From a candidate division FCPU426 bacterium (GTDB taxonomy: Bacteria > Oederibacteriota > Muellerivitia > Muellerivitales > Muellerivitaceae), in contig CAVRAL010000004.1 in NCBI GenBank assembly GCA_963719085.1, positions 544,001 to 608,000 on the forward strand: a stretch of DNA of 64,000 nucleotides. The letters are read 5' to 3'. Position 1 is the stretch's first letter; every line of letters begins with the position of its first letter. Of this stretch, positions 18,985 to 27,894 are shown in pieces. Under the pieces are notes generated by a model. The model worked only from the letters and a program-made list of their open reading frames with translations. It was not told the origin of the DNA and searched no databases. The translations under genes were made by a program, and so were the position numbers.

Positions 18985-19725
18985 CTATTCGGCCCCGGGG
19001 GTTTCGTCCGGGGTCGGCGTGGGCGTGACTTGGGTGGAAAGCCAATACTTATCGAATTTGTTCGCGCTCTTTTTATCGGCGCAATCCTTGCAATCCGACA
19101 CCACCCCTTCTTTTTTCGTGTCAAAAAGGACAGTATAGGTCAATTGGGAAAATTGCTTGTTCGGGATCGGCTTGTCCTTGCCGCAAATGGACGAAAGCTC
19201 AAACACGGCCAAGGTGGGCTTCATCCACTCCAAAAAGTCGGTGGCCGGCGTGGCGCAATCGGGATTGTCTTTGGCGAATTGATCCTGGATGCCCGCTTCC
19301 AATAGGGCGGTGATATCCAGGGACTTTTGCTTGGGGATACTGACATAGTAGGTCCGCCACAAACCCTCGATCACCTGCAATTGAAAGAAAAATTGGCGGC
19401 TTTCCGGGGACCAATCAAACCGGACCAGGTCCCAGTCCACTTGGAAAGTTCCGTTGGCGGTCTCGCGGATGAAGGGCGCGCTTCCGGTCTGAATTTTAAA
19501 ATGGGCTTGGGTCCGGGTATCCACGACCTCGATGGGATAGCGGAAGAAGACTTGATCGTCGACTCGGCGCATGATTTCCTGCCGAACCACGACCCGGTAA
19601 TGGTTATCGGGGGAAACCGAAAGATAAATTTCTTGTTCCGCGTAAAGGGGAAAAGCCGAGGCGCCCAGCAGTAAAAGCCCGGCCCCTAGTTTCAAGAAAG
19701 CTGTTTTGAGGTTCAAAACTTTCAC
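18985..19725 (-). CDS. Secreted hypothetical protein with C-terminal TPTPTP
   Basis: Signal peptide; SVSPDNH and FDWSPES WD40/PD40-like motifs; Cys residues. Confidence 0.7.
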   Translation of the reverse strand: MKVLNLKTAFLKLGAGLLLLGASAFPLYAEQEIYLSVSPDNHYRVVVRQEIMRRVDDQVFFRYPIEVVDTRTQAHFKIQTGSAPFIRETANGTFQVDWDLVRFDWSPESRQFFFQLQVIEGLWRTYYVSIPKQKSLDITALLEAGIQDQFAKDNPDCATPATDFLEWMKPTLAVFELSSICGKDKPIPNKQFSQLTYTVLFDTKKEGVVSDCKDCADKKSANKFDKYWLSTQVTPTPTPDETPGAE

Positions 19726-19825
19726 CTATGGTTTCCTTTAATCGATAACAGTCAAAAAGACCCGCCCTCACGAATCCATAAAGAAACTTGAGGATTCGCT
19801 CGGCTCAATATGAAAAACGAGGCGA

Positions 19826-19987
19826 CTAAGGGGTTGGGGTAGCAACCGGGGGAGGGAAAGTTGCGATAATTTGACCGGCCACATCCGCGATTGTTGGATT
19901 AACGCCGTTGGATTGACAAGCAATATTCAAAAATAAAGAAAACAAAAGAACCAGGCCAAAAAGGGAAAAAATCAGGACTCGTTTCAA
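19826..19987 (-). CDS. Small putative lipoprotein (53 aa), missed by ORF track
   Basis: TTG start after GAGG: MKRVLIFSLFGLVLLFSLFLNIAC-QSNGVNPTIADVAGQIIATFPPPVATPTP*. Confidence 0.65.
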   Translation of the reverse strand: MKRVLIFSLFGLVLLFSLFLNIACQSNGVNPTIADVAGQIIATFPPPVATPTP

Positions 19988-20074
19988 GGTAAACCTCGGA
20001 CCCCAAGAATGAATTGATTATGCCTCATTAGTTTTAAAAACTCAATCTTCAAAAAGACGCCTAATCCCGGCCGT

Positions 20075-20320
20075 TTACGGGGTCACTGTCGGGGTGACCG
20101 TCGGGGTATCGGTGACGGTCGCCGTCGGGGTTACCGTCGGGGTGTCCGTGATCGTCGGGGTCGGGGTTGTGGTCAAGGTTGGATTCGAAGCCTCAACCGT
20201 TTCTAGGGCTGTTTGAAAGTTGTTGGGGGCTCCGGGCATGTCGACTTTACAAGCCAAACCCAAAAATAAGGGCAAACCCAAAACCAAGGCGGAAATAAAA
20301 ACACCGGCGAACCGTTTCAA
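20075..20320 (-). CDS. Small Thr/Pro-rich putative lipoprotein
   Basis: TTG after GAGG; MKRF...LGLAC; tail of TPT repeats. Confidence 0.72.
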   Translation of the reverse strand: MKRFAGVFISALVLGLPLFLGLACKVDMPGAPNNFQTALETVEASNPTLTTTPTPTITDTPTVTPTATVTDTPTVTPTVTP

Positions 20321-20381
20321 AGGAACCTCTTCTTTAATGTTGATCTGGGCTTAGAAAGTCCGGGACCCGAACGACGGGCCA

Positions 20382-21158
20382 TCACAAAGCGACGGTACCG
20401 CCCACCACGAAATTAAGGCCCGTGGAGTTAAGACTAAAGGTGCTCACCGCGTCCGACTCGGGTGTCCGTTCTTGCCGTTCAACGCCCGTCATGCCCGAAT
20501 AACCCGTGAAGCGTTCGTAAGCCCCGCCGACCAATGAAAACCCTTCGCCCATGTAAATCTCAAGTCCAGCGCCCAGATTCAAGCCAAAACCCTCAATCGA
20601 AAGGGTTCCTTCCTGGACTATGGTGGGGGTGCCGCTGTAATCCACCAACGCGGAAGCGCTATCAATATCAATCCAAGTGTAATTCACCCCTAAGCTGACG
20701 AAGGGTTGAACCGGGAGTTTTTCGAAAAAATAACGTTTAATATCAAAGTTGATCAAATGATAGATGGCGGTGTTTTGGCCGGTGCCCGGCGATAAGGATG
20801 GCGGCCCGGTAAAGGTTCCCGTGTGATAAGACTGTATGTAGCTGAATTCCCCGGCGTAAACTCCCTCGCGATGACCAAGCAAAACCCCGAATCCATATCC
20901 GTTATCGAAGGAAGGAACTCCATCGGCTTCCGCTGTAGTGGAATTCGGGTAAAAAGCGAATTCCTGGGTTCCGTTAAAATCCTGGTTTTTATCCAAAGAG
21001 GCGTAAGTGGCCAAAAGCCCGATATAGGTTCGGTCGCTGATAAAGTCGCCCGGATTTTCATTCATGGAGTCATCGGCGAAAACAGGGGCTGCCCAAGCCA
21101 ATGCCATGAACAAAATCGCGGATAAACTAAAGCGCTTCACTTTTGGCTTTGAATTCAT
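20382..21158 (-). CDS. Outer-membrane beta-barrel protein (OmpA/OmpW-like)
   Basis: Signal peptide, amphipathic strands, INFDIKRYF..PVQPFVSLG, GFGLNLGAGLE. Confidence 0.75.
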   Translation of the reverse strand: MNSKPKVKRFSLSAILFMALAWAAPVFADDSMNENPGDFISDRTYIGLLATYASLDKNQDFNGTQEFAFYPNSTTAEADGVPSFDNGYGFGVLLGHREGVYAGEFSYIQSYHTGTFTGPPSLSPGTGQNTAIYHLINFDIKRYFFEKLPVQPFVSLGVNYTWIDIDSASALVDYSGTPTIVQEGTLSIEGFGLNLGAGLEIYMGEGFSLVGGAYERFTGYSGMTGVERQERTPESDAVSTFSLNSTGLNFVVGGTVAL

Positions 21159-21215
21159 GCGTTTTCTTACCTCCGGCTTAAACTTAGGCCGCTTTGGCGG
21201 CCATCATATCATAAA

Positions 21216-21992
21216 TTAAATAAAACCAACGGTCGTCCCGATATAAAAATCAAAACCGCTGGTGGTAAAACTCGAAGGACTGCCGACCGCGTTTTGAACT
21301 TGCTCATCGATGTTATTGACGCCCTTATACTGGCCAAAACCCGACCATTTTTGGTAAAAACCGCCCACAATCGAAAAGGTGGAGTCAAAATAATATTCAG
21401 CCCCGGCGCCCAGATCAAACCCGATACCCTCGAAAACCGCGTTTCCAAAGGCCGTGGTATTCTCGGAAGCGTTGTCCACGGTCAACCAGGGGATATTCAC
21501 CCCTAACCCGATAAAGGGCTGGAGGGCCAAGTCCGTCAAAAAATATCTTTTAAAATCAATGTTGATGGAATCGAGGGTAGCCGAGCTTTTCAAGGTGCTC
21601 CCATAAGCCACCGAACCCGACCCATTGACCGGATAATTACCATTCCAAGAGGCCTGGTGGATGGACTGCCAAAAGCTGACTTCGGCGGCGTAAAAGCCTT
21701 CCCGCCTTCCGATATAGGCTCCCCAACCATAATTCTGGGCGATGGAGGGCGCCAACGTGATTTCATATTGCTGTTGGTTGAGCAGGGTGGCCGTTCCGAA
21801 GCCCGATCCGCTCTGGGAAATGGAGGTTCCCACCACGCCAAAATAGGTCCGGCCATAAATGAATTGGTTGATGTCATCGGATTCGTCGGCCCGGAGGCTA
21901 AGCGGTGTAAAAAGGAGAAGCAGGGCCGCGAAACAAAAGCGGCGGACTCTTTCCTGATGGATAAATTTCATTTGGTTTGTCGTTTCCTTCAA
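21216..21992 (-). CDS. Outer-membrane beta-barrel protein, paralog of 20382-21158
   Basis: Shared RTY.G, REG.YA.E.S, IN.D.KRYF, QPF..LGVN, LGAG.E, FS.VGG. Confidence 0.75.
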   Translation of the reverse strand: MKETTNQMKFIHQERVRRFCFAALLLLFTPLSLRADESDDINQFIYGRTYFGVVGTSISQSGSGFGTATLLNQQQYEITLAPSIAQNYGWGAYIGRREGFYAAEVSFWQSIHQASWNGNYPVNGSGSVAYGSTLKSSATLDSINIDFKRYFLTDLALQPFIGLGVNIPWLTVDNASENTTAFGNAVFEGIGFDLGAGAEYYFDSTFSIVGGFYQKWSGFGQYKGVNNIDEQVQNAVGSPSSFTTSGFDFYIGTTVGFI

Positions 21993-22111
21993 TCAGGGGG
22001 ATAGGGTCAAAAAGCTCGAATAATGATAACTGATTTCTCCCCAAGATGAAAAGGAAACTTGTCCCCTAAGGCCGGCCCGGCGCCGGGTCTTTTCACTCTG
22101 TCGAAAACCGC

Positions 22112-23194
22112 TTATTTCCCGTAAAGGGCTTGGAGCGCCGGATGGATGAGCGATCCGCGGTCAATATTCAGCCCATACCGGATTTCCTGGCTTTCCTGGA
22201 CCGCCTGCCGGACTCCGGCCTTGGCGATTTTCAGGACGAAAGGCAGGGTGGCGTTGGTCAAGGCGTAAGTGGAGGTGATGCCGACCGCGCCCGGAATATT
22301 GGTGACGCAATAGTGGATGACGCCGAATTTCTCGTAAACGGGCCGGCTATGGGTCGTGGGCCGGGCCGTCTCCACGCAGCCGCCTTGGTCGATGGCCACA
22401 TCCACGATCACCGAACCCGGCTTCATTTGCCGCACCATGGAAGCGCTCACCACCGAAGGCGCCTTGGCCCCTTCCACATAAACCGCCCCAATCAAAAGGT
22501 CCGCCCGGCGGACTTCCTCGCGCACCACCCGGCGGTTGGAAACCAGGGTAATGACGTTCTTAGGGAGAATTTCTTCCAGGTGCCTTAAGCGGATGGCGTT
22601 GACGTCCAAAATGGTCACGCTCGCCCCCAATCCCGCCGCGGCCTTGGCCGCGTTGCTCCCCACCACCCCGCCGCCGATGATGACGACCTCCGCGGGTTTC
22701 ACTCCCGCCACGCCGCCCAATAAAATCCCCTTGCCGCCCATGGACCTTTCCAAGTATTTGGCGCCTTCTTGGACGGCCATCTTGCCGGCCACCTCGCTCA
22801 TGGGCGTCAATAAGGGATGCTCCCCCGAGGGAAGGCGGATCGTCTCATAAGCCAGGGCGATAATTTTTGATTTTTGAACCGCGCGGGTCAATTCCTTCGA
22901 GGCCGCGAAATGGAAATAGCCGAAAACAACCTGTCCCTCGCGCAAAAGGGAAATTTCCGAAGGCTGGGGCTCTTTGACCTTGAGGATCATCTCGGATTTT
23001 TTAAAAAGCTGGCTCCGGGTCACCAGCCGGGCCCCCGCTTCCTGAAATTCCCGGTCCGAGATGCCCGTGCCTTTCCCCGCGCCCTTTTCAATCAAGACCC
23101 TATGGCCGGCGTGGACCAACTCCTCCACCCCGCCGGGAACCACGCCGACGCGGTATTCATGGTCTTTGATTTCCTTGGGGACGCCGATGATCAT
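22112..23194 (-). CDS. ald: Alanine dehydrogenase
   Basis: MIIGVPKEIKDHEYRVG, KVKEP, PMSEVAG, GGGVVG, DVAIDQGGCVET, HYCVTNIPGAV. Confidence 0.95.
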   Translation of the reverse strand: MIIGVPKEIKDHEYRVGVVPGGVEELVHAGHRVLIEKGAGKGTGISDREFQEAGARLVTRSQLFKKSEMILKVKEPQPSEISLLREGQVVFGYFHFAASKELTRAVQKSKIIALAYETIRLPSGEHPLLTPMSEVAGKMAVQEGAKYLERSMGGKGILLGGVAGVKPAEVVIIGGGVVGSNAAKAAAGLGASVTILDVNAIRLRHLEEILPKNVITLVSNRRVVREEVRRADLLIGAVYVEGAKAPSVVSASMVRQMKPGSVIVDVAIDQGGCVETARPTTHSRPVYEKFGVIHYCVTNIPGAVGITSTYALTNATLPFVLKIAKAGVRQAVQESQEIRYGLNIDRGSLIHPALQALYGK

Positions 23195-23229
23195 GGTTTT
23201 TTCCTTTTGGTTTTCTCTTAATCTATTTC

Positions 23230-23378
23230 GGAACGATGCCTTTGGCAAAGCTGGCAAGGCCCGTCTTTTGAAACAATGATAAATGCCGATGAAGACTGAT
23301 GTTTGAAACATAAAAATCGGGCCTTATCAGCCTGCCTCAATGTTTCAATAGGTCTTGCTTTGCGAAGTGAATGATTCC
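23230..23378. mobile_element. Non-autonomous MITE-like element, short copy (149 bp)
   Basis: Homologous to 60671-60898 (69-nt and 22-nt identical blocks); flanked by direct repeat AATCTATTT; imperfect termini GGAACGAT...ATGATTCC. Confidence 0.75.
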
Positions 23379-23487
23379 AATCTATTTTACTCCTCCGCGG
23401 GCCCGAAAATGCGCTTCTATTAAAAGGCCCTTTCATTGGATATACTTGGCCTTCCTAAATTGAGACGACTTATCTAAGGAGACCTCC

Positions 23488-23787
23488 ATGGCCATGATGG
23501 AAATCAGCGTCGTTCCCCTGGGAACGGGCAAAACTTCGGTGAGCGCTTACATCGCGGAAATCTTTAAACATCTGCGAAAGCAAAAAAAAGTGCGCTATGA
23601 GCTCAACGGCATGGGCACCATTTTAACCGGCAAGGCGGACGATCTTTTTAAGCTGGCCGCCGCGCTCCACAAGATCCCCTTGGCCCGGGGCGCCAAACGG
23701 GTTTATACGGTAATTAAATTGGACGACCGCAAGGATAAAAACCAGCTTCCGATCGAAAAAGTGGACTCGGTCCTTAGAAAACTCTGA
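23488..23787 (+). CDS. MTH1187 family thiamine-binding protein
   Basis: EISVVPLGTG..SVSAYIA, YELNGMGT, RVYTVIKLDDRKDK. Confidence 0.9.
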   Translation: MAMMEISVVPLGTGKTSVSAYIAEIFKHLRKQKKVRYELNGMGTILTGKADDLFKLAAALHKIPLARGAKRVYTVIKLDDRKDKNQLPIEKVDSVLRKL

Positions 23788-23865
23788 CAGCCCGCTTAAA
23801 AAGATTTTAAAATCCCCTCGCCATAAAACGAAATGTTATGGCGGGCAAAATAAATAAGGAACGCC

Positions 23866-25143
23866 ATGCTTGATCCTAAATATGTCCGGGAACACGAAGC
23901 CGAGGTCCGCCAGGCCTTGGAAAACTGCAAGTCCAAAGTGGACCTGTCGCTTTACCTGGATTTGGAACGCCGCCGCCGGGACCTGACCATCTCGGTCGAC
24001 AAACGTAAAGCCCGCCTCAACCAAGCCTCGGAAGAAATGGGCAAAATGAAAAAAGAGGGAAAGGATATTTCCCAATACCAGGCCAAGCTCAAGGAGCTTT
24101 CGGACGAGATCAAGCAAATGGACGGGGAAATTTCCGCCGTGGAAAAAGACTTCCGCGAAGTTGAGCTTCAAGTGTGCAATCTTCCCCATCCGTCGGTTCC
24201 GGTCGGGGGCGAGGAAGCCAATCAAGAAATCCGCCGGGTGGGCGAACCCAGGGCCATGGACTTCAAACCTAAAACCCATGACGAGTTGGGCGCGGCTTTA
24301 GGGATCCTGGATTTTGAGCGGGCCGCTAAAATCTCCGGCGCGCGTTTTTTCACCCTTTGGAACCTCGGCGCGAAATTGGAACGGGCCCTGGTCAACTTTA
24401 TGCTGGACCAACACGGCCTGAAGGGTTACCAGGAAATCGTGATTCCCCATTTGGTGGCTTACGATTCGATGGAAATGTCCGGCCAGTTCCCGAAATTTAT
24501 CGAGCAGGCTTTCGCCGTCGAGAAAGACAACCTGTATCTCATCCCCACCGCCGAAGTCCCTTTGGCCAATCTGCACCGGGGCGAAACCCTGTCCGCGGGG
24601 TCGTTGCCGAAAAAATACGCGTCCTTCTCCCCCTGCTACCGCCGGGAAGCCGGCAGTTACGGCAAGGACACCAAGGGCCTGATCCGCCTGCACCAGTTCA
24701 ACAAGGTGGAGTTGTTTCAATTCGTGGAGCCTGAAAAAAGCATGGACGCCTTGGAAGCGCTCACGGCCGACGCGGAATCGATTCTTCAAAAACTGGGCCT
24801 GCCTTACCGCGTGGTGGCCTTGGCCACCGGCGATAAAAGTTTCGCCTCCACCAAAACCTATGACCTGGAAGTTTGGCTTCCCAGCCAAAAGACCTACCGG
24901 GAAATCTCCAGCTGCAGCAATTGCACCGACTTCCAGGCCCGCCGGGGGGGCATCAAATTCAAACGCGAAGGCGGGGGCAAACCGGAGTTGGTCCATACCT
25001 TGAACGGCTCCGGCCTGGCCGTGGGACGCACCTGGCTGGCCATTTTGGAGAATTATCAACAGGCCGACGGAAGCGTGGTTGTCCCGGAAGCCCTCAGACC
25101 TTATTTAAATGGAGCGGAAGTCATTAAAGCAGCCTTGTCCTGA
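23866..25143 (+). CDS. serS: Serine--tRNA ligase
   Basis: YLIPTAEVP, YRREAGSYGKDTKGLIRLHQFNKVE, EISSCSNCTDFQARR, HTLNGSGLAVGR. Confidence 0.98.
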   Translation: MLDPKYVREHEAEVRQALENCKSKVDLSLYLDLERRRRDLTISVDKRKARLNQASEEMGKMKKEGKDISQYQAKLKELSDEIKQMDGEISAVEKDFREVELQVCNLPHPSVPVGGEEANQEIRRVGEPRAMDFKPKTHDELGAALGILDFERAAKISGARFFTLWNLGAKLERALVNFMLDQHGLKGYQEIVIPHLVAYDSMEMSGQFPKFIEQAFAVEKDNLYLIPTAEVPLANLHRGETLSAGSLPKKYASFSPCYRREAGSYGKDTKGLIRLHQFNKVELFQFVEPEKSMDALEALTADAESILQKLGLPYRVVALATGDKSFASTKTYDLEVWLPSQKTYREISSCSNCTDFQARRGGIKFKREGGGKPELVHTLNGSGLAVGRTWLAILENYQQADGSVVVPEALRPYLNGAEVIKAALS

Positions 25144-25161
25144 GCTTGTCGAACGGACAAG
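25134..25161. repeat. Short palindrome with CCTGAGCTTGTCGAA core overlapping the serS stop
   Basis: CTTGTCC-TGAGCTTGTCGAAC-GGACAAG hairpin; REP-like. Confidence 0.45.
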
Positions 25162-25308
25162 CAGACGGATCGGTGAATATTCCAGAAGCCCTCCAACCCT
25201 ATTTAGGCGGCTTGAAAAACATTACTCCAAACCAGGCCTGAGCCGAGCCGGTTTTAAAATTCTTTGGTTTTTGGGTCTTTTTGCTACAATAAACGCCTCG
25301 AGGAACCT

Positions 25309-25494
25309 ATGCCCAACGAAAAACCGCAAACCGTTGAACCTAAAATGAGGGCCGCCGGCAAGATCACGCTGGGCGCCGGTGTGGCCGTTTTGGTGATTGG
25401 CTATATGTTTTTGGCCGTGGGATCCATGACTTTGGCGCCGGTGCTCATTATCGGCGGCCTCATCACGGTCGGCATCGGCATCTACAACCTGTAA
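25309..25494 (+). CDS. Small two-TM membrane protein
   Basis: SD GAGG; two hydrophobic helices; SMTLAPVLIIGG. Confidence 0.7.
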   Translation: MPNEKPQTVEPKMRAAGKITLGAGVAVLVIGYMFLAVGSMTLAPVLIIGGLITVGIGIYNL

Positions 25495-25573
25495 AACAGC
25501 CGCTCCAGCTCCGTCCCCCCCCTCTGCAAAGTTCCCCTTTTTGGTTTCGACTTTGGTACTTTATAAAGAAGCC

Positions 25574-26095
25574 ATGCAACCGCAATTGCCCCAACTGGTC
25601 CCGAGCGAAGTCTGTCTGGAATGTCCGGTTTGCTGCCGGTTCCCGGAAAAACAGGCCTCTCTTTCACCTTTTTTCTTCGCGGAAGAAAGGGCTCAAGTGG
25701 AAGCGATCGGAGAAACAAACGGAGGCGCTTTTCGCGCCGCCGGACCTTCGAAAGCGGAGTTGGTGGAGTGTGGGCATGGGTTCGCTTGTACTTTTTTTAA
25801 TCCCGGGGATCATACGTGCCGGATTTATCCGGTCCGTCCCCTGGACTGTTCGATGTACCCCACGGCGGTGATGTGGAGCAAGGACCGCCAGCAAGTTTTA
25901 ATGGGCGTGGACACCAAATGTCCCGCCTTGAGGCGGCCGGAAGTGGCCGCGAAGTTGGATCAATATCTTGAATGGATGCAGCGATACTTGGAAAACACCA
26001 CCGTCTCTTCTTTAATCCGTAAAAATCCCGATTGGATAACCGACTTTCAGGAAGAGGTTGTGGAGGTGCGTCCGCTGTCGCTGGGAAAGGTTTAA
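25574..26095 (+). CDS. YkgJ family cysteine-cluster (CxxCxxCC) protein
   Basis: CLECPVCCRFP, CTFF....CRIYPVRPLDCSMYP, KCP. Confidence 0.85.
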   Translation: MQPQLPQLVPSEVCLECPVCCRFPEKQASLSPFFFAEERAQVEAIGETNGGAFRAAGPSKAELVECGHGFACTFFNPGDHTCRIYPVRPLDCSMYPTAVMWSKDRQQVLMGVDTKCPALRRPEVAAKLDQYLEWMQRYLENTTVSSLIRKNPDWITDFQEEVVEVRPLSLGKV

Positions 26096-26098
26096 ATT

Positions 26099-26851
26099 AT
26101 GGTCGCCACGTTGCAGGCCTTACGGCCGCCCCGCGCCATGCGCTGGGTGAATTATTGGAGATGGATTACCGCCGGGTTGGTGTTTCTCACCCTTTTGTTC
26201 CTTTTTTTAGTCAGGCCTCACTGGTTGGGTTTTTTGCTGGCCGTGGCTCCCGCCATCGGCGCTTTTTACAGCTACGGGGTCGCCCGTCACCGCGGACGGA
26301 TCGTGGGCGAAGGCAGCGAGGGCGAGGCCATGGTGGCCAAGGTTCTCGACGGCATGGAGATGGACGCGCGGGTTTTGCACTCGGTCCAGTTTGAGTCGGG
26401 CGAGAAGACCCGGGAACTCGATCATCTGTTGATTACCCATAACACCATGTTCGTTATCGAGACCAAATACCTTCGCGGCCGTATCGCGGGGGACGTGATG
26501 GACCGGGAATGGACCCTGCACAAGCGGGCCCGCAAAACCCGCTCCCGTTACAAGCGGGGTTTTTATAACCCGCTCAAACAAGTCGCCACCCAGATTTATC
26601 ATTTGCGCAGCCATCTGGAAAATAACCTGGGACCGCGTTGGGCCCATGAGTGTTCCCAGATTTGGATTCAAGGCGTGGTGGTTTTCGCCCATCCCCAAGG
26701 GGACGCCTCGGCCGTGGTCAACCACGCCCACGGGGTGGTTTCACTGGAAGACCTGCCCAAGTACTTGGCCAATTATCGGCCGCCCTCCCGGGCGCATCGG
26801 TTAAGCTACGGCTTGCGCCGGGAAATCGCCCGGGTTTTGACGGGTCAATAA
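26099..26851 (+). CDS. Membrane-anchored NERD domain (nuclease-related) protein
   Basis: GSEGE, ELDHLLI, FVIETK, NPLKQ after two TM helices. Confidence 0.88.
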   Translation: MVATLQALRPPRAMRWVNYWRWITAGLVFLTLLFLFLVRPHWLGFLLAVAPAIGAFYSYGVARHRGRIVGEGSEGEAMVAKVLDGMEMDARVLHSVQFESGEKTRELDHLLITHNTMFVIETKYLRGRIAGDVMDREWTLHKRARKTRSRYKRGFYNPLKQVATQIYHLRSHLENNLGPRWAHECSQIWIQGVVVFAHPQGDASAVVNHAHGVVSLEDLPKYLANYRPPSRAHRLSYGLRREIARVLTGQ

Positions 26852-26944
26852 CGCTGAAAAGGAATTCCCCATGGGACGGATGACGCTGAGTCCTTTTTCC
26901 CTCCCATGGGATGAATTCTTTAAATCCTTTCGGGTTTTTTAATC

Positions 26945-27868
26945 TTGCCGACCGTTTCCCTTCCTCACGCTGATTTTTTCGATCAAATCGACCCTTTGGA
27001 CCATGACCTGGAAAAGGCGGAAATCGCTTTTCCCAGTCCTTTTTTAACCGCGTCCATCGCCTCATTTTTAATGTGGCAAGACGAGTTTCTTTACGCCGAC
27101 GCTTCACTGGGGAATACCCGGTTCCTCATCGCCCATTACGACAAATACGCTTATTTGCCCGCGCCGCCCCAACCCTTGACCCCCGCGGCTTTGGAAACGG
27201 CCTTTACCTACTTAAAGAAGGTCAATGGACCTGGCCCGGGCATCTCAAGAATTGAGGGCTTAAGTGAAAGCCAAAAGACGCGCGTGGAAACCTGGGGTTA
27301 CCCCACGCGGCCGACCTTGACGGAGTATCTTTACGACCGCTCCAAATTGGCCGCTCTCGCGGGAGACCCTTATCGGGCCAAGCGGGCTGAGGTGAATCAT
27401 TTGGTGAAACACCAGCCGGTGCTTTTTAGGCCCTACCGTCAAAGCGACCTTTCGGCCTGCGGGGATCTTTTTGAGTCGTGGAAAAATCAGCGGCTCCCCC
27501 ACTTAAAAGGGGAAATGGGCGAGAAAATGCTCCTGGCTTCCCAACGGGCTCATTTCAGGGCGCTGAAGCAAGGCGAAGCTTGGGGGCTGAAGGCTTGGGT
27601 GGTCTTCGTTGAACAGCGGCTGGCGGCCTACACCGTTGGCGCGCCTTTGGATGACAGCACCTTCGGGGTTTACCTGGAAGTGGCGGACTTGACGATCAAG
27701 GGGCTGTCGGCTTATATATTTCAAAATCTTTGCCGCCAAATGGAGTCTTACGCCTTCGTCAATACGGGCGACGCCGAGGGGCTTCCGAAGTTGGCCGAAT
27801 CCAAGGATCATTGGCACCCGGTCCGCAAGCTTCCCGTTTTCGCCGTGGATCCACCCCCGGTGGGGTGA
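26945..27868 (+). CDS. DUF2156 / LPG_synthase_C (MprF-like GNAT) stand-alone protein
   Basis: EYLYDRSKLAALAG..RAKRAEVN, LEVADLTIKGL, FVNTGDAEGL..L..SK..WHP; start uncertain. Confidence 0.78.
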   Translation: MPTVSLPHADFFDQIDPLDHDLEKAEIAFPSPFLTASIASFLMWQDEFLYADASLGNTRFLIAHYDKYAYLPAPPQPLTPAALETAFTYLKKVNGPGPGISRIEGLSESQKTRVETWGYPTRPTLTEYLYDRSKLAALAGDPYRAKRAEVNHLVKHQPVLFRPYRQSDLSACGDLFESWKNQRLPHLKGEMGEKMLLASQRAHFRALKQGEAWGLKAWVVFVEQRLAAYTVGAPLDDSTFGVYLEVADLTIKGLSAYIFQNLCRQMESYAFVNTGDAEGLPKLAESKDHWHPVRKLPVFAVDPPPVG

Positions 27869-27894
27869 AAAACGTTTGATCAAAAAGGACCGAC

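Noticed and set aside
20080..20175. CRISPR-like or tandem DNA repeat (GTCGGGGT units)
   Set aside because: Explained by Thr-Pro-Thr codons of a small lipoprotein; no unique spacers and no cas genes
23195..23311. N-terminal extension of Ald in the ORF track
   Set aside because: It translates MITE sequence; the canonical start MIIGVPKE at 23194 has an upstream AAGGA
23230..23378. Riboswitch or hammerhead ribozyme upstream of ald (minus-strand CTGATAAG)
   Set aside because: The second copy lies between convergent stops with no downstream gene, both copies have flanking direct repeats, and the hammerhead CUGANGA/GAAA core is not satisfied
26099..26851. NERD gene as part of an anti-phage island
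   Set aside because: No other defence or mobility genes are adjacent and the context is housekeeping
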